A program made the position numbers and the translations under genes. From Candidatus Doudnabacteria bacterium (GTDB taxonomy: Bacteria > Patescibacteriota > Doudnabacteria > UBA920 > O2-02-FULL-48-8), in contig JACPFQ010000002.1 in NCBI GenBank assembly GCA_016182875.1, forward strand, positions 1-52,435: DNA of 52,435 nt. The letters run 5' to 3'. Below are positions 46,754-52,435 of the stretch, in pieces. Each line of letters opens with the position of its first letter. The first letter of the stretch is position 1. The notes under the pieces are model-generated. The model made no database searches and had not been told where the DNA came from. It saw only the letters and a program-made list of their open reading frames with translations.

Positions 46754-46853
46754 CCCGTTTAGAAATTTCTGGCGCCAAAATTAAATAGCGCGTTAATTTT
46801 AAAATCAGCCATTGATAAAGTCCTATTTATAACTGTTAAATTTCTAACGGGAT
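46752..46853. repeat. MITE-like element with terminal inverted repeats
   Basis: ATCCCGTTTAGAAATTT ... AAATTTCTAACGGGAT. Confidence 0.7.
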
Positions 46854-47423
46854 TCATTGAACCTCTGCAATTAATTTTTTAGTCAAGTCTTTTGGCAGAC
46901 CCATGACACTATCCAATGTACCTTCTATATGGTCCACAAAAGGCGCAAATTCAGGACGTTCAACACCAAGGCCGCCGGCATGCTCAAACGTTTTGCCGCT
47001 TTTGATAAAATCGCGGATGGTCGATTCACCGAATGGCCGCTTGAAAAAAACAGTAGCTTTATCTATGCCCGAGGCCCTTTTGCCTGTTTGCAAGTTGGTA
47101 ACCACCACCGCAGTTACGCCTCCGACTGGCTTTCCCTGATACCCTCGCAGCGTAGTAAACGCTTCCTCTTCGGATCGTGGCTTCTCCAAAACCTCGCCTT
47201 CAAAAACCACAGCCAGGTCGGCGGTGATCAACAAGCCTTCAGTTCCCAACCTAGGAACCAAAGCATCTGCCTTCGCATTTGCAATAGCCAAAACCATTTG
47301 GCTTGGATCGTCATGCCTAATCGCCTTTTCATCAATATCAGCCGCTATAATCTCAAACTCATAGCCCATTTCTCGCAGAATATCCTGTCTTCTTTTTGAC
47401 GCTGAACCCAGAATTATCTTCAT
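46854..47423 (-). CDS. maf: Maf family nucleoside triphosphate pyrophosphatase
   Basis: IILGSAS.RR, DIDEK, AKA, TAD, EKP, VMGLP. Confidence 0.92.
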   Translation of the reverse strand: MKIILGSASKRRQDILREMGYEFEIIAADIDEKAIRHDDPSQMVLAIANAKADALVPRLGTEGLLITADLAVVFEGEVLEKPRSEEEAFTTLRGYQGKPVGGVTAVVVTNLQTGKRASGIDKATVFFKRPFGESTIRDFIKSGKTFEHAGGLGVERPEFAPFVDHIEGTLDSVMGLPKDLTKKLIAEVQ

Positions 47424-47569
47424 AGTACCTTTCGTACGAATAACCCCATCTAACTTACAATAGCACGCGCTTCAGTTTTTTAAAATCATTCATAAAATTT
47501 CTTTAAAATAGAAGGGTGGAAGCAAAAAGGGATTGGTTCCACCCCTGAATTCGTGCGGAGTTGAGCACG

Positions 47570-47878
47570 CTACTTACCCTGCTCATTGTCGTCCTTGACC
47601 CTTGTAGGGTCAATGCCCATCGCGCGAAGGCCACGGCAGTCATTTGCCGTGAATTCGTACCTCTTGCCTGCGGGCAACTGGCGATTTGGGTTCGTGATCA
47701 TCGGCACGCGGCCTTGCTTGCGAGAGGCGAACCCGACCACAGCTTCTAACGTCAGGCGCATCTCGTAGCCCGATTCGCGGGCTTTGGCCCTAACAGCTTC
47801 GACCGTCGGGTCTTCGGCGACCACAGCCGCGATAGCGTCAGCAAGCTCCTTGGCGAATTTATTAACCCAATCCTCCAT
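47570..47878 (-). CDS. Hypothetical protein with SD
   Basis: GGGAGG SD, 102 aa, hairpin downstream at 47512-47546. Confidence 0.7.
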   Translation of the reverse strand: MEDWVNKFAKELADAIAAVVAEDPTVEAVRAKARESGYEMRLTLEAVVGFASRKQGRVPMITNPNRQLPAGKRYEFTANDCRGLRAMGIDPTRVKDDNEQGK

Positions 47879-47942
47879 GGTGTCCTCCCGTACGAACGAC
47901 TTGCTTTACCTATCAATAGCTTAGTTTTCCTAAAAATAAATG

Positions 47943-48779
47943 TCAAAAATCTTTGAAATAGTACATTTGATACGGCGGGATTGCTCCCTTTTCGAAATCA
48001 TCGGCAAGCTTATTCCACTTATTGACTCGCTCGGGGTACCAGGTCTGTCCCTGCATCAACTTATCATTTTTATGTTTCTGGTAAATATATTCAAAAAGTT
48101 TAGCCCATTCCCTGTACGTAGAGTTGGAAACCAGACCGTCGGTCCCGAATCTCTGATGGTAATCATAAAGCACCACAGGGACGTACAAAAAATTTTCTGG
48201 ATAGCGGTTGCCAAGAGTAAGAAAAAACTCCCAATCTTCCATTTTGTGCATGTTAGCGTTAAACCTAACGCCATCGTCTATTACCTTTCTCGAATGAAAT
48301 GCGCCGGTGGTATCCGTGTGAAGCTTGCGATGAAAGATATCCTGAACTGTTATTTTTTCCGAAAGTTCAGCCGACTGATCTATGCTTTTTACCAGCTTGC
48401 CGTTTTGATATAGCTCCAGAATCCGAGTTCCCCGAGGAAAGCCCCAGACTGTGTTCGGATTCCGCTCAAGCCAGCTAAGCACAGTCTCCAAATAAGCCGG
48501 CCTCAGTGTATTGTCGCTGTCCAAATATGCAATCCAATCTCCTTGGGCATGCTGCAGGGCGCTGTTCCTGGCCACAACCTGGTTTTGGTGTTCTTGAAAG
48601 CGGTATTTGATTCTCGAATCGGCAAACTTTTCAACCACTTCTTTAGTATTATCCGTCGAACCGTCATCGATAATTATCAGTTCCCAGTTGGAATAAGTTT
48701 GGGCCAGAACGCTTTTAATCGCCTCGCCCAATATGTAGGCGCGATTGTAGGTTGGAGTGATAATTGAAACTAAGTTCAT
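47943..48779 (-). CDS. Family 2 glycosyltransferase
   Basis: SIITPTYNR, IIDDGSTD, ARN, YLDSD, EDWE. Confidence 0.93.
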   Translation of the reverse strand: MNLVSIITPTYNRAYILGEAIKSVLAQTYSNWELIIIDDGSTDNTKEVVEKFADSRIKYRFQEHQNQVVARNSALQHAQGDWIAYLDSDNTLRPAYLETVLSWLERNPNTVWGFPRGTRILELYQNGKLVKSIDQSAELSEKITVQDIFHRKLHTDTTGAFHSRKVIDDGVRFNANMHKMEDWEFFLTLGNRYPENFLYVPVVLYDYHQRFGTDGLVSNSTYREWAKLFEYIYQKHKNDKLMQGQTWYPERVNKWNKLADDFEKGAIPPYQMYYFKDF

Positions 48780-49204
48780 TTGAAGTTGGCTTTAATTATT
48801 TCGGAAAGCCCAGGGATAAGATTGGTCATATTAAGAGCCTCTTCGGGTGCAAACCATTTGAAATCAGAATGCTCTTCGGAGTTGGGCTTGACTTTAGGCA
48901 CCTGGTCGAACTCAATTTTAAACACGCAGTAACCGTAATCAGCTTCGGGATATCTCACATAATATCTGCCTATCTCAATCAGTTGTCCGCCATCCAAACC
49001 TGTTTCTTCCTTAAGCTCTCGAATCGCGGCTTGCAAAAAGTCCTCGCCTGGGTCTACTCCACCGCCAGGCAAAGCCCAAGTATTGGGGTAATCTTCAGGG
49101 TCGTTGCGCAAGACCAGCAGTAGTTTGCCGTCGCATTGCACCAAAATACCGACTGCATCGAATTTCTTATTGAAATTTTCAATTGGCTCGGCTGAAATTA
49201 TCAT
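48776..49204 (-). CDS. NUDIX hydrolase
   Basis: PGGGVDPGE....AAIRELKEETG. Confidence 0.93.
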   Translation of the reverse strand: MIISAEPIENFNKKFDAVGILVQCDGKLLLVLRNDPEDYPNTWALPGGGVDPGEDFLQAAIRELKEETGLDGGQLIEIGRYYVRYPEADYGYCVFKIEFDQVPKVKPNSEEHSDFKWFAPEEALNMTNLIPGLSEIIKANFK

Positions 49205-49210
49205 AAGACT

Positions 49211-49636
49211 TTAGAACCAGGTCTGTTTCCTGTAGTCAAGATAGGCTTGCCCGAATTTTTCTATAAGTAATTGCTCTTCCCTGCGCGCGCGATAAATTTC
49301 CACTAGAAGCAACCCAATCCAAAAAGCGTAAAAGTAAATATTATTCAGCATGAGCGCTATCCCCAAGAAAGCCAGCGTGGAAAAAACATAGATAGGATGC
49401 CGGATTTTGGAATAAAGGCCTCGTGTGATTAATCCTTTTGCTTCGGGCCAGAAGCTGAACGATGTCCCCAACTGAATTCTTGCCAAGGCCCAGAGAACCA
49501 AAGAAGGTATCGTTACCACCAAACCAAGCACATGCAAAATATCCCGATTGGCTTCCTTTAGAGTGACTACCAAAAGTATTCCAATCAAAATAAAATCAAT
49601 ATAGATGTCAGATAAAAAAGTTAAAAAATTCTTCAT
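49211..49636 (-). CDS. ICMT/PEMT family membrane methyltransferase
   Basis: L...GLYS.IRHPIY, EE..L...FG..Y..Y. Confidence 0.88.
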   Translation of the reverse strand: MKNFLTFLSDIYIDFILIGILLVVTLKEANRDILHVLGLVVTIPSLVLWALARIQLGTSFSFWPEAKGLITRGLYSKIRHPIYVFSTLAFLGIALMLNNIYFYAFWIGLLLVEIYRARREEQLLIEKFGQAYLDYRKQTWF

Positions 49637-50282
49637 ATAAGCACCCTAGCTATGACAGCGGGCGGTTCCTGAGGTGACTTGGCAATCGCATCAGGCCCAG
49701 CCGCCTTAATCAGGCTTTCGTACTGGTACCCCCAGGCACAGCCAATAGTTTTGACTCCGGCCCGCCTGCCGCCTATGACCTCGTCAGATGTGTCGCCGGT
49801 ATAAATGACATTTTCAGGTTTCAGGTTCCAAGTTCGAAGCACGGACAATACGTATTCGGGGTCTGTTTTGTCCAGATTGCCGACTTCCACGTCTCCGGCG
49901 ATGCCCTTGAAATATTTTATGACGTCATGACTCTGGAAGGTCTTCTTTATCAGCTCATTGGAATTGCTCGACAACATATATAAGCCGTAATCTTTCGACA
50001 ATGACTCTATAACTTCCTTCATGCCATCGAAAAACGGGGGCAAGGGGTCTTTTTGCGCGAGCTGGCGCCAGAACTCGCCTGCTTCTTCCACTTTATCAGC
50101 CGGAATACCGAGAACTTCGGTATAAAAAATTCTCCAAACGCCGGTAGCGTTGCTGCGCACCACATCTGCAGTGACGTCCATGCCATTGCCATAAGCCTTG
50201 GCATTATGATCCCACCGCGCAATAGACTGCTCGATCGAATCCGCCACCACCCCATCAAAATCCAGCAATACCGCTTTTTTCA

Positions 50283-50283
<1 letters not shown>
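49633..50283 (-). CDS. HAD family hydrolase (phosphoglycolate phosphatase-like)
   Basis: DFDGVVADS, SSN, GD...E, WGY; start ATG 50283. Confidence 0.9.

Positions 50284-52435
<2,152 letters not shown>

Overview
Chromosomal fragment of a small-genome bacterium. The gene mix (stand-alone GlmU N-domain, TrmB regulator, VirB4/TrwB-like ATPase pair, sigma-r4/HARE-HTH protein, tightly overlapping genes mostly lacking Shine-Dalgarno sites) suggests Patescibacteria/CPR; this is an inference. About 55 CDS, mostly on the - strand, include gltX, def-fmt, a P-type ATPase, hppA, mnmA, glmS, tdh, kbl, secDF and a partial secA, plus tRNA-Gln(CTG) and a REP-associated tyrosine transposase. There is no CRISPR array, rRNA or integrase. 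Most notable: (1) an operon coupling threonine cleavage (Tdh/Kbl, giving acetyl-CoA) to a GlmS + GlmR + GNA1-like acetyltransferase + uridyltransferase-only GlmU route to UDP-GlcNAc; (2) a three-copy structured repeat with compensatory base changes; (3) many short palindromic element families and 7-mer arrays, several inserted in frame in secA, a TMTC-like gene, mnmA and fmt; (4) an attenuator-like leader with a Trp-containing peptide ahead of an orphan cupin operon; (5) a ~390-nt structured locus containing an Asn-rich micro-ORF; (6) a 153-bp element duplicating the tRNA 3' end. All calls come from reading motifs by eye, with no database searches.
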